In this document: piece by piece, positions 62,981 to 64,000 of the stretch | Numbering within the stretch: the stretch's first letter is position 1 | Layout: every line of letters starts with the position of its first letter | Source: Chloroflexota bacterium | Lineage (GTDB): Bacteria; Chloroflexota; Anaerolineae; Anaerolineales; VGOW01 | Direction: 5' to 3' | DNA length: 64,000 nucleotides | Assembly: GCA_016213135.1 (NCBI GenBank) | Contig: JACRBQ010000036.1 | Location: 25,010-89,009, forward strand | Position numbers and translations under genes: made by a program | Notes under the pieces: model-generated | The model's database searches: none | Seen by the model: only the letters and a program-made list of their open reading frames with translations | What the model was told of the DNA's origin: nothing

Positions 62981-64000
62981 CTAATCCCATTCAACACGTT
63001 CAATCGTTTGGGCAAGCGATCTGGTATGACAACATCCGGCGCGCGATGCTGACATCGGGCGAACTGCAACGGTTGCTGGACGACGGCGTCCTGGGCGTCA
63101 CCTCGAATCCGGCCATTTTTGAGAAGGCCATCGTCGGCAGCATTGACTACGACACCGCGCTGGAGACGCTCTCGGCGGCCGGGCATGACACGGACGCGAT
63201 TTACGAAGCGCTGGTGCTGGACGACATCGCCGCCGCCGCCGATCTCCTGCGCCCGATCTACGACCGCACGAACGGGCGCGACGGCTACATCAGTGTCGAG
63301 GTGCGCCCCACGCTGGCTCACGACACGGAAGGCACGGTGGCCGAGGCGCGGCGTTTGTTTGCCGCGCTGGCCCGCCCTAACGTGATGATCAAAGTTCCGG
63401 CCACCCCCGCCGGCATCCCGGCGATTGAGACGCTCATCGGCGAGGGGATCAACGTCAACGTGACGCTGATTTTTTCACTGGAGTCCTACGAGTGGGTTGC
63501 GCAGGCGTATCTTGCCGGACTGGAACGGCGGGCAAGGGCCGGGGAAGATGTGACCCGCGTGGACTCGGTGGCCTCGTTCTTCGTCAGCCGCGTGGATACG
63601 GCAGTGGATAGGCAGTTGGAGTCGCTCATCCGCGCCGGGCGCGACGACCTCAGGCCGTTGCTCGGCCAGGCCGCCATCGCCAACTCCAAACTTGCTTATG
63701 CCCGCTTCCGGGAACTGTTCGGCGGCGAGCGTTTTGCCGCACTGCGACGCGCAGGCGCAAAGCCGCAGCGTCCGTTGTGGGCCAGCACCGGCACAAAGAA
63801 TCCGCAGTATCCCGATGTGCTGTACGTCGAGGCGCTGATCGGCCCGGACACGGTCAACACCGTCCCGCCGGGGACGCTTGCCGCGTTCAAGGATCATGGC
63901 CGCGCCGCCGCCACGCTGGAGGCAGGGCTGGAGGAGGCCCGGCACGTTCTGGCGCAACTGACCGAGGCCGGGATCGATCTGGCGGCGGTCACGCGCGATC
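62977..64000 (+). CDS. tal: Transaldolase (3' end runs off the window)
   Basis: ATG 62977 overlaps the upstream TGA. FGQAIWYDNIRRAML, GVTSNPAIFEKAI, VMIKVPATPAGIPAIE. Not in the track because no stop is reached. Confidence 0.9.
   Translation, partial: MTNPIQHVQSFGQAIWYDNIRRAMLTSGELQRLLDDGVLGVTSNPAIFEKAIVGSIDYDTALETLSAAGHDTDAIYEALVLDDIAAAADLLRPIYDRTNGRDGYISVEVRPTLAHDTEGTVAEARRLFAALARPNVMIKVPATPAGIPAIETLIGEGINVNVTLIFSLESYEWVAQAYLAGLERRARAGEDVTRVDSVASFFVSRVDTAVDRQLESLIRAGRDDLRPLLGQAAIANSKLAYARFRELFGGERFAALRRAGAKPQRPLWASTGTKNPQYPDVLYVEALIGPDTVNTVPPGTLAAFKDHGRAAATLEAGLEEARHVLAQLTEAGIDLAAVTRD

Noticed and set aside
1-64000. Search for rRNA, tRNA (including tRNA-Sec), CRISPR arrays, transposases/IS elements and prophage genes
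   Set aside because: Reading both strands, I found no cloverleaf-like or rRNA-like conserved stretches, no regularly spaced direct repeats, and no transposase or integrase ORFs. The Sec-insertion machinery (selABCD) must lie outside this window.

Overview
GC-rich bacterial chromosomal segment, densely coding on both strands with many ATGA/GTGA start-stop overlaps. I saw no rRNA, tRNA, CRISPR array or transposase. The domain repertoire (HisKA_3/NarL two-component pairs, GAF/PAS/HD-GYP/GGDEF signalling proteins, hairpin-type intergenic repeats) suggests a high-GC non-proteobacterial lineage, possibly Chloroflexota; this is inference only.

Main content:
1. 1-2803: NarL-type two-component system.
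2. 2966-9741: operon of two cytochrome c peroxidases, a Tat-exported Rieske protein, an AioA/IdrA-family molybdoenzyme and an FmdE-like protein. This is the gene set that characterises dissimilatory iodate reductase (idrABP1P2) rather than a classical arsenite oxidase locus.
3. 9772-11500: a convergent two-gene operon directly abutting it. Both genes carry an in-frame UGA (selenocysteine): a DUF3179 lipoprotein and an iodothyronine-deiodinase-family protein. A flavin-dependent-halogenase-like gene lies about 2 kb further on.
4. Seven in-frame UGA codons in total sit at UxxC redox motifs, each followed by a stem-loop. They cover deiodinase-like x2 (one frameshifted), DUF3179, PRXL2/AhpC-TSA_2-like x2, a peroxiredoxin-DsbD-N fusion and a small GrdB-family protein. 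The ORF track splits all of them.
5. 20104-24635: a mer locus (MerR-type promoter, merR, merA, merE-like) interrupted by a 222-bp duplication of the merR 3' end that brackets metallochaperone/TusA/DsrE-like genes.
6. 30742-36140: a beta-propeller/cupredoxin lipoprotein, CcdA-like and YtkA-like cluster.
7. Several c-di-GMP-type and HD-LuxR signalling genes, with decayed paralogue fragments.
8. 53324-64000: a carbohydrate/pentose-phosphate block (GH15, CBM48-like, glk, tkt, tal, GH63-like).

The leading hypothesis is an iodine-handling island that couples an Idr-like enzyme to deiodinase-family selenoproteins.
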